Below, piece by piece: positions 18,699 to 28,769 of a stretch of DNA of 64,000 nt; position 1 is the stretch's first letter; every line of letters begins with the position of its first letter. The notes below the pieces were generated by a model that saw nothing but the letters and a program-made list of their open reading frames with translations, was not told where the DNA came from and searched no databases. The translations under genes and the position numbers were made by a program. The stretch is taken from the NCBI GenBank assembly GCA_021773365.1, contig JAJFKF010000063.1, forward strand, positions 3,576 to 67,575, given 5' to 3'. Origin of the DNA: Gammaproteobacteria bacterium (GTDB lineage: Bacteria; Pseudomonadota; Gammaproteobacteria; Steroidobacterales; Steroidobacteraceae).

Positions 18699-19792
18699 GC
18701 TTCCTCGGCCAGCAGCTGCGCCTGGTGCTCCTGCGCCAGGGCGTCGATCAACTCATCGATCTTGCCCTGCATGACCTCATCGAGCCGGTACAGCGTGAGA
18801 TTGATGCGGTGATCGGTGACCCGTCCCTGGGGGAAGTTGTAGGTGCGTATGCGCTCGGAGCGGTCGCCGCTGCCCACCTGGAGCTTGCGCGTCGCGGCGC
18901 GCTCGCGTTGCTGTTTTTCCTGTTCGGCGGCGAGCATGCGCGCCTTGAGCAGCGCCATGGCGCGGGCACGGTTCTTGTGCTGTGAGCGCTCGTCCTGGCA
19001 CTCGACCACGATGCCGGTGGGAATATGCGTCATGCGCACCGCCGAGTCGGTTTTGTTCACGTGCTGGCCGCCGGCGCCTGATGCCCGGTAGGTGTCCACG
19101 CGCAGGTCGGCAGGGTTGATGTTGATTTCCTCCACGTTGACCGCTTCGGCCAGGATGGCCACGGTGCACGCCGAGGTATGGATGCGGCCCTGGGCCTCCG
19201 TGGCCGGCACGCGCTGCACGCGATGGGTGCCGGACTCGAATTTCAATCGCGAAAATGGCCCGCTGTTGCCGCCGGCGCCGCGGCCGACGATGCGGCTGAT
19301 CACTTCCTTGTAGCCGCCGTGCTCGCCATGGCTCTCACTGAGGATCTCCACGCGCCAGCCGCATCCCTCGGCGTAGCGGGCATACATGCGGAACAGATCG
19401 CCGGCAAAGATCGCCGCCTCATCGCCGCCGGTGCCGGCGCGGATCTCGAGATAAAGATTGCCCGCGTCGCGCGGATCCTGCGGCGCCAGGAGATTGTGCA
19501 GCTCGACCTCTTCCTCCTGCAGGCGCGACTGCAGCAGCTGCGATTCCTCCTGCCCCAGTTCACGGGTGGCGGCATCCGTGTCGGCGGCCATCTCGCGTGC
19601 GGTGTCCAGATCGCGCTCGGCATCCATGTACAGCCGGTAGCGCTGCGCCAGCGGCTCCAGGCGGGCGTACTCCATGGACAGCTCACGGAACTGGTCCTGA
19701 CGCGCCAGCACTTCGGGGTCGGAGAGCATGCGGCCCACCTCCTCGAAGCGCTCGCCGAGCTTGTCCAGTTTCTGGCGGATGGAGGGTTTCAT
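18695..19792 (-). CDS. prfA: peptide chain release factor 1
   Basis: ATG 19792 ([19 protein letters not shown]). RF1 tripeptide PAT ([14 protein letters not shown]) and GGQ motif ([11 protein letters not shown]). Confidence 0.95.
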   Translation of the reverse strand: MKPSIRQKLDKLGERFEEVGRMLSDPEVLARQDQFRELSMEYARLEPLAQRYRLYMDAERDLDTAREMAADTDAATRELGQEESQLLQSRLQEEEVELHNLLAPQDPRDAGNLYLEIRAGTGGDEAAIFAGDLFRMYARYAEGCGWRVEILSESHGEHGGYKEVISRIVGRGAGGNSGPFSRLKFESGTHRVQRVPATEAQGRIHTSACTVAILAEAVNVEEININPADLRVDTYRASGAGGQHVNKTDSAVRMTHIPTGIVVECQDERSQHKNRARAMALLKARMLAAEQEKQQRERAATRKLQVGSGDRSERIRTYNFPQGRVTDHRINLTLYRLDEVMQGKIDELIDALAQEHQAQLLAEEA

Positions 19793-19872
19793 GCGGGCGG
19801 GGATTGTACAGTTGCCGGGGCCTGCCGCGGGGGCCGCGCAACAGACCAGCGAGGAGGCGTATAGTCCGGGCC

Positions 19873-21546
19873 ATGAAACGCTATATTCCGGCCCTGTTCC
19901 TGCTGATATTCCTGTTGATGTCGGGCTGCGCCTCGGCGCCGCAGAAAACACCACCGGCGGCGCCCCAGGAGCCCGGCGGTACCGCCACCGCGCGGCTGAT
20001 GATCGCCGAGATCGCCCTGCAGCGGGGGGACTACCCCACGGCGGCGCGCGAATACTCCAACGTCGCCTACCTGGTCAACGACGCCGGGCTGGCCGAGCAG
20101 GCCACGCGGGTGGGCTTCGACAACCGCCAGGACACCATGGCGGCGCAGAGCGCCCGCCGCTGGCTGGCGCTGAGCCCGCAGAGCGGTGATGCGCGCCGCT
20201 ATCTGGCGGTGCTGTCGCTGCGGCTGTTCGAGGTGGAGGAGGCCGCGCGGCAATTCGGCAATCTGCTGGCAAACGCCTATGACTCCCCGGCTGAAGGCTT
20301 CATCGATCTGACCGGTCTGCTGGCCGATGAGGAAAGTCCATACGCGGTGTTTGCCCTGATGCAGGCGCTGGCAGAGCGGTACTCGCAGGTGCCCGAAGCG
20401 CACTACGCGGTCGGCGCAGCCGCCTTGCGTGCCCACAACTATGCGCAGGCGCAAAACAGCGCGCGGCGCGCACTGGAACTGAAGCCCGACTACACGGACG
20501 CGGAACAATTACTGGGCCGGGCCTTGCTGGTCGGGGGCGATCCCGACACAGCGCTGACGATGGCGCGGGAACGTGCTGCCGGCGGGGACGTGCAGGAGCG
20601 CCTGGAAGTGGGCCTGCTGCTCGCCGCCGCAGGGCAGCTGGCCGCGGCGCGCGCGGAACTGGAGCCGTTGCTGCAAATCCCCGGCACCCGGGCCGAAGCA
20701 CTGCGCACGCTGGCCAATCTGGAGATGGGCGAGGGCGAGCTCGATGCGGCCGCCGGTCACTTCAACGAACTGCTGACCACCGGACGTTACGTGAGCCTGG
20801 CGTTCTATTCACTGGGCGCCATCTACGAGCGCCAGCGCGAGGCGGTACGCGCCATTCGCACCTACACGCGCCTGACCGGCGGCGCCTACGCCAGCGATGC
20901 ACAGTTGCGGGCCGCACGACTGCTGGTGGCCAACGGCGCCCGCGACCAGGCCAACCTGCTGCTGGACAGCTTCGTCGGCGAGAACCCCGAGCATCGCATC
21001 GACATCGCCATTGGCCGCGCGCGCATGCTCGCCGATGAGGGTGACAGCCAGGCGGCGCTGCAGATCATGGACGAGGTCGGGCGGATATATCCCGATGTGC
21101 AGGAGCTGCGTTACGCACGCGGGGTCATTCTCGAGCATGCCGGTCGCGTCAACGACACCATTGCCGAATTGCGCGGCGCGCTGCTGCGCCGGCCGCAGGA
21201 TCCGGTTGCCCTGAACGCGCTGGGCTACACACTGGCCGAGCACAAACGAAACCTGCGGGAAGCCGAGGCGCTGGTCATGCAGGCGCTGGAGATGACACCG
21301 GACAACCCGGCCGTGCAGGACAGTACCGGCTGGGTGCTGCACCGCCTGGGCCGCGATGAAGAAGCGCTGGGCTGGTTGCAAAGTGCCTGGGCCAGCCAGC
21401 AGGACGCGGAGATCGCCGCGCACATCGGCGAGGTGTACTGGTCAATGGGCGAGCGCACACGGGCGCGGGAGATCTGGCAGGCGGCGTTGGCCGCTGAACC
21501 CGATCATCGCTATCTGCTGCGCACGCTGCGTCGCTATCCGGACTGA
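19873..21546 (+). CDS. TPR-repeat lipoprotein (homologue of the TPR gene preceding lolB in Pseudomonas)
   Basis: ATG 19873 ([23 protein letters not shown], lipobox LMSGC) followed by repeated TPR-like helices. Position upstream of lolB-ispE. Confidence 0.85.
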   Translation: MKRYIPALFLLIFLLMSGCASAPQKTPPAAPQEPGGTATARLMIAEIALQRGDYPTAAREYSNVAYLVNDAGLAEQATRVGFDNRQDTMAAQSARRWLALSPQSGDARRYLAVLSLRLFEVEEAARQFGNLLANAYDSPAEGFIDLTGLLADEESPYAVFALMQALAERYSQVPEAHYAVGAAALRAHNYAQAQNSARRALELKPDYTDAEQLLGRALLVGGDPDTALTMARERAAGGDVQERLEVGLLLAAAGQLAAARAELEPLLQIPGTRAEALRTLANLEMGEGELDAAAGHFNELLTTGRYVSLAFYSLGAIYERQREAVRAIRTYTRLTGGAYASDAQLRAARLLVANGARDQANLLLDSFVGENPEHRIDIAIGRARMLADEGDSQAALQIMDEVGRIYPDVQELRYARGVILEHAGRVNDTIAELRGALLRRPQDPVALNALGYTLAEHKRNLREAEALVMQALEMTPDNPAVQDSTGWVLHRLGRDEEALGWLQSAWASQQDAEIAAHIGEVYWSMGERTRAREIWQAALAAEPDHRYLLRTLRRYPD

Positions 21547-21556
21547 GGCGCCGGCC

Positions 21557-22147
21557 TTGTTCCGCCACCGGTTGTTACTCGTGCCGGCGCTCGCCCTGAT
21601 CGCCGCCGGCTGCGCCACCGTATCGCCACCGCCCCCGGTCGACTGGAACGCCGTTGCCGTTGAACGCCAGGGCTGGGATCGCTGGGGCCTGTCAGGGCGG
21701 ACGGCAGTCACCGCGGGCCGGCAGGGCTGGAACGCATCACTGGATTGGCAGCAGGGCGGGGCGGAATCCGAACTGCGCCTGCACGGGCCCTTTGGCCTCG
21801 GTGCGCTGCGCGTCAACATCGACGGCGAGGCGGTGCAGATCCACACGGCAAAGGGAGAGGTGCTGGCAGGTGAGGACGCCCGCCTGATGCTCGAACACAC
21901 TTTAGGGGTCGACCTGCCGCTGGAGCACATGCGCTACTGGCTGCTCGCGGTGCCGGCGCCGAAGCTGCCTGCCTTCTCCCAGCTCGATGCGCAGGGGCGC
22001 CTGGCACAACTCGACCAGCGCGGCTGGCGGGTCACTTACCAAGAATATGGCTACAGCTCGGCCCATTGGCTGCCGGGGCGGGTGACGGCCGAGCGCGACG
22101 GGGTAAAGATCAAGGTAGTCGTGGATCGCTGGCGCCTGGACGACTGA
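21557..22147 (+). CDS. lolB: outer-membrane lipoprotein LolB
   Basis: In-frame TTG 21557 gives MFRHRLLLVPALALIAAGCATV (lipobox IAAGC). LolB-like blocks WGLSGRTAV...WQQ and GWRVTYQEY. Synteny with ispE. Confidence 0.8.
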   Translation: MFRHRLLLVPALALIAAGCATVSPPPPVDWNAVAVERQGWDRWGLSGRTAVTAGRQGWNASLDWQQGGAESELRLHGPFGLGALRVNIDGEAVQIHTAKGEVLAGEDARLMLEHTLGVDLPLEHMRYWLLAVPAPKLPAFSQLDAQGRLAQLDQRGWRVTYQEYGYSSAHWLPGRVTAERDGVKIKVVVDRWRLDD

Positions 22148-22148
22148 C

Positions 22149-23030
22149 ATGCCGTCTTCGCCCTGGCCGGCGCCCGCCAAACTCAACCTGTTCCTGCGCA
22201 TCGTCGGTCGGCGCCAGGACGGCTACCACCTGCTGCAGACGGCCTTCCAGTTCATAGACCTGTGCGACGAACTGGACTTCCAGCCCCGTTCCGACGGCCG
22301 GCTTGTTCTCGTTGCCGGCGCTGCGGGCGTCCCGGAAACGCAGGATCTGGCAGTGCGGGCGGCTGACGCCCTGCGCCGGGCAGCCGGTGTTGATGAAGGC
22401 GTGAGTATCCGCCTGCACAAGCGCATCCCGCTGCAGGCCGGGCTGGGTGGTGGCAGTTCGGATGCCGCCACGACCCTGGTCGCCCTGAACTGCCTGTGGC
22501 AGCTGGGCTGGTCCGACGAACGCCTGGCCGCGCTGGGACTGTCGCTGGGCGCCGATGTGCCGGTGTTCGTTCACGGTCGCGCCGCCTGGGCAGAAGGCGT
22601 GGGTGAGCGTCTGCAGCCGCTCGATCTGCCCGAACCGATGTACGTGATTATTCGCCCGCCCTGCGCGGTCAGCACCCGCGAGATCTTTCAGGCCGCTGAA
22701 TTGACACGTAATTCCACCCCCACCACAATACGCGCCTTCATCGAGAGCCGCGACGAGCACCCTACCCGCAACGATTGTGAGGCCACGGTGCGGAAACGTT
22801 ATCCGCCGGTTGCCGCCGCGCTCGACTGGCTGGGTCAATATGCGCCCGCCCGCCTGACTGGTACCGGTTCCTGTGTATTCGCCGCGGTGGACAATGAACA
22901 GCACGCGCGCGAAATTCTGCAGGCACTGCCGTCGGACTGGCAGGGGTTCTCGGCCCGCGGTATGAACCGTTCGCCGCTGCTGCAGCGGGTGCGGGATGAG
23001 TCAAGCTACTGGGGTGTCGCCAAGCGGTAA
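22149..23030 (+). CDS. ispE: 4-diphosphocytidyl-2-C-methyl-D-erythritol kinase
   Basis: WPAPAKLNLFLRIVGRRQDGYHLLQT, and the GHMP kinase motif PLQAGLGGGSSDAAT. The last 21 nt, including the TAA stop, lie inside tRNA-Gln. Confidence 0.92.
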   Translation: MPSSPWPAPAKLNLFLRIVGRRQDGYHLLQTAFQFIDLCDELDFQPRSDGRLVLVAGAAGVPETQDLAVRAADALRRAAGVDEGVSIRLHKRIPLQAGLGGGSSDAATTLVALNCLWQLGWSDERLAALGLSLGADVPVFVHGRAAWAEGVGERLQPLDLPEPMYVIIRPPCAVSTREIFQAAELTRNSTPTTIRAFIESRDEHPTRNDCEATVRKRYPPVAAALDWLGQYAPARLTGTGSCVFAAVDNEQHAREILQALPSDWQGFSARGMNRSPLLQRVRDESSYWGVAKR

Positions 23031-23084
23031 GGCAACGGGTTTTGATCCCGTCATACGGAGGTTCGAATCCTCCCACCCCAGCCA
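23010..23084 (+). tRNA. tRNA-Gln (anticodon UUG)
   Basis: Cloverleaf folded by hand: acceptor TGGGGTG/CACCCCA, D arm GCC-AAGCGGTAA-GGC, anticodon arm ACGGG-TTTTGAT-CCCGT, T arm GGAGG-TTCGAAT-CCTCC, then G-CCA. Very similar to E. coli tRNA-Gln. Confidence 0.92.
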
Positions 23085-23099
23085 ATCTTCGTCAGTGAC

Positions 23100-23438
23100 T
23101 CATGGGTCAAATGGCTCGGGCTCTTCCTGCATCCAGGCTGGAATGTCGCGTTTGCCATGAAGCACACGCCAAACGTCAATGTGGTCGGTGCGTTCCAGAT
23201 AGAAAACGAGATAAGGATAGCGGCCCAACGGGCAGAAGCGCAGGCCTGGAAGATTCAACTCACCCGCATATCGTAGGGAGCCGGCGGCCGGATGGCGGCT
23301 GATGAGGCTGTATGATTTCTCCAGCGCGTCAATAAAGCCCAACGCTGCGCTGGTTGCGCCCTCACCGAGGTAGTAGCCGACTGCATCTTCAGTATCCCGA
23401 TTGGCTTGGACGCGCGGGATGACTGGTTTGGATTTCAC
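23100..23438 (-). CDS. parE: ParE/RelE-family type II toxin
   Basis: 112 aa with RFCPLGRYPYLVFYLERTDHIDVWRVLHGKRDIPAW, typical of ParE. Overlaps the antitoxin stop by 4 nt. Confidence 0.85.
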   Translation of the reverse strand: MKSKPVIPRVQANRDTEDAVGYYLGEGATSAALGFIDALEKSYSLISRHPAAGSLRYAGELNLPGLRFCPLGRYPYLVFYLERTDHIDVWRVLHGKRDIPAWMQEEPEPFDP

Positions 23439-23683
23439 CGATGTGAACGAGGCTTGGCTGACTTCGCCTTTCGGCGCAGGCCATCGAAGTAGGTCGCGTT
23501 GATCGGTTTTGTTGGCGAAGATTTCGCGCCTGCAAGCAACCGCTCACGCAACTGCAACCGATCCTGATCCTTACGGATGAGTTCCCGAAGGTACTCGCTG
23601 CACGTGCCAAAGCCGCGGTGGCTTACCTGATCGTCGATAAAGTCCTTCATGGACTCCGGCAGGGAAATGTTCATCGTGGTCAT
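23435..23683 (-). CDS. parD: ParD-family (RHH) antitoxin
   Basis: 82 aa starting MTTMNISLPESMKDFIDDQVSHRGFGTCSEYLRELIRKDQDR, the ParD_antitoxin pattern. Lies upstream of parE. Confidence 0.85.
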   Translation of the reverse strand: MTTMNISLPESMKDFIDDQVSHRGFGTCSEYLRELIRKDQDRLQLRERLLAGAKSSPTKPINATYFDGLRRKAKSAKPRSHR

Positions 23684-23915
23684 GTCGAGACCGTAGCCTG
23701 CTTGGCAAAATTTGGCAATGATGGGTTTGCCGGACGCCTACCTGGCGCCAGCTTTGGTGACGGTGAAGGGTACTGGAGGGAAGTGGAGGGGATCAGCTGA
23801 TCAGCAAAATTGGTAACTTGTTGATTACGCTGGCAGCGAGGGACTATTACAGCACCCGTGGCCGGCCTGAACACGCGGGATGTGTGTCTTTCCGCCCCTC
23901 GCGCGTCTTATTGTA

Positions 23916-24440
23916 ATGGCCATGCCTATGCCCGAAATCAGCGACCTAACGCGGTTTCACCGAGACTACCGCCCCGGGTTGATGGCGTTTTTCTTGCGCC
24001 GGGTACGCAATCATGCAGAAGCCGAAGACCTGACGCAGGAGGTGTTCATACGGATCGCGCAGGGTGGCGGGGCCGCGATGAAATCCGCGGAAGCTTATAT
24101 CTTCCAGGTGGCGGCCAACTTGCTGCGGGACCGCGTGCGTCGCAACAAGGTGCGGGATCAGTACTTGGCGGAGCTCAAGCCCGGACTGGACGAGGAAAAC
24201 GAGCTGCTCGATCCCCAGCGCATCGTCGCAGGCAGAGAGGCGTTGGAGCGACTGTCGGAGGGGCTAAGGGATCTACCCGAGCGCACGCGGCTGATCTTCC
24301 TGCTGTTTCGCTACGAAAACTTGGACTATAAAACCATTGCCGACAGCCTTGGCATTTCCACCAGCGCGGTTGAAAAACATGTCTACCGCGCCATGGCGAA
24401 ACTGATTACGTGTACCGAGGGGGAATATGACAACCGCTGA
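23916..24440 (+). CDS. ECF (FecI-like) sigma factor (cassette 2)
   Basis: Track ORF 23880..24440. The likely start is one of the ATGs at 23916, 23922 or 23928. Region 2 (AEDLTQEVFIRIA) and region 4 (NLDYKTIADSLGISTSAVEKHVYRAM). Confidence 0.85.
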   Translation: MAMPMPEISDLTRFHRDYRPGLMAFFLRRVRNHAEAEDLTQEVFIRIAQGGGAAMKSAEAYIFQVAANLLRDRVRRNKVRDQYLAELKPGLDEENELLDPQRIVAGREALERLSEGLRDLPERTRLIFLLFRYENLDYKTIADSLGISTSAVEKHVYRAMAKLITCTEGEYDNR

Positions 24441-25383
24441 AGAGGAAGCCGGACGATGGTGCGTGAAGCTCGCTGGCGCAACCTTCGGGCCGGCAGAGCA
24501 GACCGAGTTCGATCGCTGGATGAATGCCGACCCGACCAATCGAGCGGTGTTCGATCGAGCGCTTGCAGTGTGGCAGGGGCTCTACGACATCGGCCGCTCG
24601 CCGGAGATCATCAGCCTGCGTGCGACAGCCCTGGAAACCATGCGGCGTACCTATGCGCGCAAGTGGTCGCGGCCGATGACCGGGAAGTGGCGGCAGATTT
24701 CGCTGGCTGCGTGCATTCTCGCGCTGGTGAGCGCCGGTGTGTTTCTTCATGGCCGCGCGCCCAGCTATCAGACTCAAATCGCCGAGCACCGCGCCGTGCT
24801 GCTGGAAGACGGTTCTCGTCTGTCGCTGGATGCAGCGACGAAGGTGGACGTGGACTACCGTGAGCGGCGGCGGGATGTGAGGCTGGTGGCAGGACGCGCC
24901 AAGTTCGATGTCGCGCGAGATGCGATGCGTCCGTTCATTGTCAAGGCAGGGGAGAAAACCATCACCGCCATCGGCACCGCTTTCAGCGTGGAAGTGCTGG
25001 AAACCGAAGTCCGCGTGATTCTGTACGAGGGCCGCGTGGCAGTGGATGACGGAGCGGGCGAACGGATATTGGAGCCTGGTAGTGAGCTGGTCGCAGAACG
25101 CGGCCAGCGCGAGTCGCGAATCGAACCGGTTGACCTGGCGCGGTCGCTCAGCTGGGAGTCGGGACAACTGAATTTCATGCGTGAGCCGCTGCGCCTCGCC
25201 GTTGAGCGGATCAATCGCTACAGTGGCAGTACCATTGTAGTCACCGATGAGACCACCGCCGCTATCCTCATTGATGGGGTCTTCAATACCGGGGATTCCG
25301 CCGCTTTTGTCGAGGCGGTGAGTACCGCCTACGCGGTGCAGGTGCGGGAACAAGATGGCCGGATTGTGCTGAGTGGAAAATAG
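24427..25383 (+). CDS. FecR-family anti-sigma/sensor (cassette 2)
   Basis: 318 aa with EEAGRWCVKL, one TM (ISLAACILALVSAGVFL), a GTAFSVEV FecR block and a DUF4974-like tail. Overlaps the sigma gene by 14 nt. Confidence 0.9.
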   Translation: MTTAEEEAGRWCVKLAGATFGPAEQTEFDRWMNADPTNRAVFDRALAVWQGLYDIGRSPEIISLRATALETMRRTYARKWSRPMTGKWRQISLAACILALVSAGVFLHGRAPSYQTQIAEHRAVLLEDGSRLSLDAATKVDVDYRERRRDVRLVAGRAKFDVARDAMRPFIVKAGEKTITAIGTAFSVEVLETEVRVILYEGRVAVDDGAGERILEPGSELVAERGQRESRIEPVDLARSLSWESGQLNFMREPLRLAVERINRYSGSTIVVTDETTAAILIDGVFNTGDSAAFVEAVSTAYAVQVREQDGRIVLSGK

Positions 25384-25460
25384 CATGTGAGACTTGGCGA
25401 ATCTCATGCGTCTTATCCCTTGATCGACACTCCGGCCAGCACACAACTTTGGGGAATCGC

Positions 25461-28400
25461 ATGTTGAAGTGGATTCGCAATCTGATTATCGGGACGTTAT
25501 TCGCTACCGCCGCTGCTGCCGCGCAGCACAACGTTTACAAGTTCGATATCCCAGCACAGACACTGGATTCTGCTCTGCGGGCCTTCGCCAAAACCTCGCG
25601 ACAGCAGATTCTGTTTGACGGGGAACTGGTCCATGAAAAGCGTAACAACGCGCTGGTGGGCGACTACCCGGTGGTGGAAGGATTGACGATTCTGCTTCAG
25701 GGGACTGGGCTCTCGGTCTCGCGGGGGGAGCATGGTGCGTTTGTGATCGCGGCGGCGATCAGCGCGAAAAAGAAAGTGATTCCAGCGACGGCCGGTGCTG
25801 CGGCCGGTGAGGCGCCCTTGCAGCACCTGGCGCTTGCCGATGCCGAAGGTCAATCGCAAGCCGCCGCGTCCACGGTGGAGACTCCGCCGGTCACCGAGGC
25901 GGATACTGCAGGTATTCCCGAGATTCTGGTCCAGGGCACACGCACGCTGAACACCGACATCAAGCGAACTGAGGATGCCGCCCAGCCCTATGTGGTCTTC
26001 GACCGCACGCAGATCGAACGCTCAATGTCCTCCAATCTGGAGGATTTTCTCAAGACGCGCCTGCCGATGAATACGGTGGAGGGCACGAACAGTCAGTCCG
26101 GCAGCTCCACCCGGGGCAACCAGAGTTCTATCAACTTACGCGGACTGGGCGCCAATCAGACGCTGATTCTGGTGGACGGCAAGCGCATGCCAAGCGTCGG
26201 CGGCGCCGGTGTTTTCAATCAACCAGATATCAACGGATTACCACTGGCAGCCATCGAGCGTATTGAAGTGCTGCCATCCACCGCTTCCGGCATCTACGGC
26301 GGTGGCGCCACTGGCGGTGTCATCAATATCATTACCCGGCAGTATCTCGGTATGGATCTGGGTGCGAGCTATGGCAACGCATTCGACAGCGACGTCGCCG
26401 AGCGCCGGTTGGAAGTCAGCGCCGGTTTCGACGTGGAGGGAGGCCGTACGCACGTGCTTGTTTCCGCCAGCCACACCGATTCCAACTCTCTGCTGGTGGG
26501 GGACAGGGATTTCACGGCCCAGGCCAGGGCGCGGCAGTTTGCCAACAATGCCTCAGCATTTTTCACCGCGGCCACTCCGCCTGTGGGGTACACCAGCAAC
26601 ATCCGCAGCCAGAATGGTTTGAACCTTGTTCTGGATAACGGCACGCAACTCAATTCGCCCCATACTTTTGTGCCTGTCGGCTATGCCGGTCCGGCTGCCG
26701 ACGGCGGCAGCGCACTGGTGGCCAATGCTGGCCGCTACAATCTGGAGTTGCCCCGGGATCTGCTGGGTGCTGAGCAGAGCCTGCTCAACAATCCGCAGGT
26801 CAGTTCCGCCTCGCTCAGCTTGCGGCGCGCATTCGGTGAGCGCATTGATGCCTATTCGGATTTTTCCTGGCTCGACAATCGCGGCCGGACGTATTTTGCC
26901 GGCGGTATCGCGACCAGCGTTACGCTCCCCGCCAATGCGCCTAACAATCCTTTCGATTCCGCCATCAATGTGAGTTTTCCGGCACCCGGCCTTTCCTTTC
27001 TGCGTGATACCGGCTCCGAGACGCTGCGCGGCACCGCGGGGCTGATTGTGCGCCTGCCGCGTCGATGGTCAGCCGCGGCCGACTATGTGTGGAGCCGCTC
27101 GCGATCTTCGTTCCTTTCGACGAGCCCAGCCCTCGGGGATCCGGATGGAGCAGCAGGTCCCGGTATTGCGGCAACGGCCGCACTGGCCAGCGGTGCGCTG
27201 AACGTTGTGCGTGACCTGAACGCTTTCCCCCTGGACTACACGCCCTACCTGATGCCGTCGCCGAATTTCATATTCGGTCCGGCAGATACCATCATGCAGG
27301 ATGCCACGTTGCGTCTTTCCGGGCCGGTCATGACATTGCCCGCCGGCCCCCTGACCCTGTCTGCCTTCATCGAGCGGCGCGAAGAGGAGGCGCGGACCAT
27401 GTTTCGCGATAGCATAACCGCTACAGGCGCCACGTTTTCTGTCCTGTGGCCTGGACGTTCGCAAACTGTCCAGTCTTACTATCTCGAGTCGCAGGTTCCG
27501 CTGATTTCAGCCACCCAAGGCTACCGGGCCGCGCGAACGTTCGATCTGCAGGCCTCGATCCGCCACGATAGGTATTTGACCGATTCGCCAAACCCCGCGG
27601 TTGCCGTCGTTCCGTCGCGGGCGGGACCGTATCCAGCGCTGACTTATGTCGACAATGAGGTGACGGCCACCAAGTTCACCCTCGGGTTGCGATATTCACC
27701 GGTCGAGGACGTGGTGCTGCGCGCCAGTTTCGGCACCGGTTTTCTGCCACCGTCCATCAACCAGATCGTGAGCATACCCGGGGGGATCTCCGGCGTTCAG
27801 ACCCTGATCGATCCGAAGCGCGGCGGGATTTCTGCCACCGTGCCGGCATTCTCGTTTGTCTCCGGCGGAAACGCTGGCCTGATCGCGGAGGATTCCGAAA
27901 GCTGGTCAGCGGGCGCGATCTTCACGCCGCGCTTGTTGCTGGGGCTGCGTGTTTCCCTGGACTACACTCGTATCACGAAGACCAATGAAATTGCCGATTT
28001 CGTATTCCAGGCATTGCTCGACCTGGAGGATTCGTTTCCCGGCCGGGTGACGCGCGCCGCAGTGACAGCGGGCGATGCCGCGCTGGGTTATACGGGTGGA
28101 GTCATCACCGAGATAGATATCAGCTTCGCTAACATCGCAGCGACGCGACTGGAAGCCTATGACATGCAAGCCGATTACACGCTGCCGACCACGCGGGCGG
28201 GTGATTTTCACTTTTTTGCCATCGCAACATGGCAACCGGAATTTGAACGCCAAGCTGCGGCAGGCGCGCCTTTCATCAATTTTGCGGATTTCAGCGGTGG
28301 CCCGCTTGAATGGAGAGCCAATGGTGGGGTGGACTGGGATCGCGGTGCGCTGACAGTGGGATGGAGTGCGCAGTACTACGATTCCTTCTTCAGCTATTCC

Positions 28401-28685
28401 GGCACGTCAGCCGGTGCGACGCAGGCCTCCGCGGTGCTGAACCAGGGTTCCGCCACGATCCCGGCGCAGATTTACCACGATATGTTCGCACGTTATCGTT
28501 TTGACTCTTCGCCGACACTGCTGGGCGGAATCTTCGCCAACAGCGAGGTTACGCTGGGCATCCAGAATCTGTTTAACGAGAAGCCACCCACCCTGGCAAC
28601 GACCGGGACTATCGGCGGCTACAGTAACTATGCCGACCCGCGCCTGCGACGTTACACGATCTCGGTACGGAAGAGTTTCAACTGA
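25461..28685 (+). CDS. TonB-dependent receptor with STN domain (cassette 2)
   Basis: ATG 25461 (MLKWIRNLIIGTLFATAAAAAQ). STN block FDIPAQTLDSALRAFAKTSRQQILF, plug INLRGLGANQTLILVDGKRM...IERIEVLP, C-terminal DPRLRRYTISVRKSF. Clear paralogue of receptors 1 and 3. Confidence 0.9.
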   Translation: MLKWIRNLIIGTLFATAAAAAQHNVYKFDIPAQTLDSALRAFAKTSRQQILFDGELVHEKRNNALVGDYPVVEGLTILLQGTGLSVSRGEHGAFVIAAAISAKKKVIPATAGAAAGEAPLQHLALADAEGQSQAAASTVETPPVTEADTAGIPEILVQGTRTLNTDIKRTEDAAQPYVVFDRTQIERSMSSNLEDFLKTRLPMNTVEGTNSQSGSSTRGNQSSINLRGLGANQTLILVDGKRMPSVGGAGVFNQPDINGLPLAAIERIEVLPSTASGIYGGGATGGVINIITRQYLGMDLGASYGNAFDSDVAERRLEVSAGFDVEGGRTHVLVSASHTDSNSLLVGDRDFTAQARARQFANNASAFFTAATPPVGYTSNIRSQNGLNLVLDNGTQLNSPHTFVPVGYAGPAADGGSALVANAGRYNLELPRDLLGAEQSLLNNPQVSSASLSLRRAFGERIDAYSDFSWLDNRGRTYFAGGIATSVTLPANAPNNPFDSAINVSFPAPGLSFLRDTGSETLRGTAGLIVRLPRRWSAAADYVWSRSRSSFLSTSPALGDPDGAAGPGIAATAALASGALNVVRDLNAFPLDYTPYLMPSPNFIFGPADTIMQDATLRLSGPVMTLPAGPLTLSAFIERREEEARTMFRDSITATGATFSVLWPGRSQTVQSYYLESQVPLISATQGYRAARTFDLQASIRHDRYLTDSPNPAVAVVPSRAGPYPALTYVDNEVTATKFTLGLRYSPVEDVVLRASFGTGFLPPSINQIVSIPGGISGVQTLIDPKRGGISATVPAFSFVSGGNAGLIAEDSESWSAGAIFTPRLLLGLRVSLDYTRITKTNEIADFVFQALLDLEDSFPGRVTRAAVTAGDAALGYTGGVITEIDISFANIAATRLEAYDMQADYTLPTTRAGDFHFFAIATWQPEFERQAAAGAPFINFADFSGGPLEWRANGGVDWDRGALTVGWSAQYYDSFFSYSGTSAGATQASAVLNQGSATIPAQIYHDMFARYRFDSSPTLLGGIFANSEVTLGIQNLFNEKPPTLATTGTIGGYSNYADPRLRRYTISVRKSFN

Positions 28686-28769
28686 GCGCGGCCCACGTAG
28701 TTGTGAGCGACTCGGTTGCCGCCAGCCGGATCGCTTCGACTTCGGTAATTCCAGGGTAGGGCATGGACC

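Noticed and set aside
19597-19872. Long N-terminal extension of the TPR protein ORF (and similar extensions at 18695..19954, 16908, 18076 and 50228)
   Set aside because: The extensions overlap neighbouring genes or divergent promoter regions and are Arg/Pro/Ala-rich. Internal ATGs give canonical N-termini (lipoprotein signal, RF1 N-terminus, and so on).
23684-23720. TTGCCAA-N4-TTGCCAA direct repeat upstream of parD as an operator or promoter
   Set aside because: It is short, has only one occurrence, and the putative -10 is weak. This is not enough evidence to call it a feature.
25375-25400. ECF-type promoters upstream of receptors 2 and 3 (GGAAAA motifs at 25375 and 50039)
   Set aside because: The -35-like motif is present, but I could not find a CGTC-like -10 at 16-17 nt spacing. 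Only the receptor 1 site is listed as a feature, and that at low confidence.
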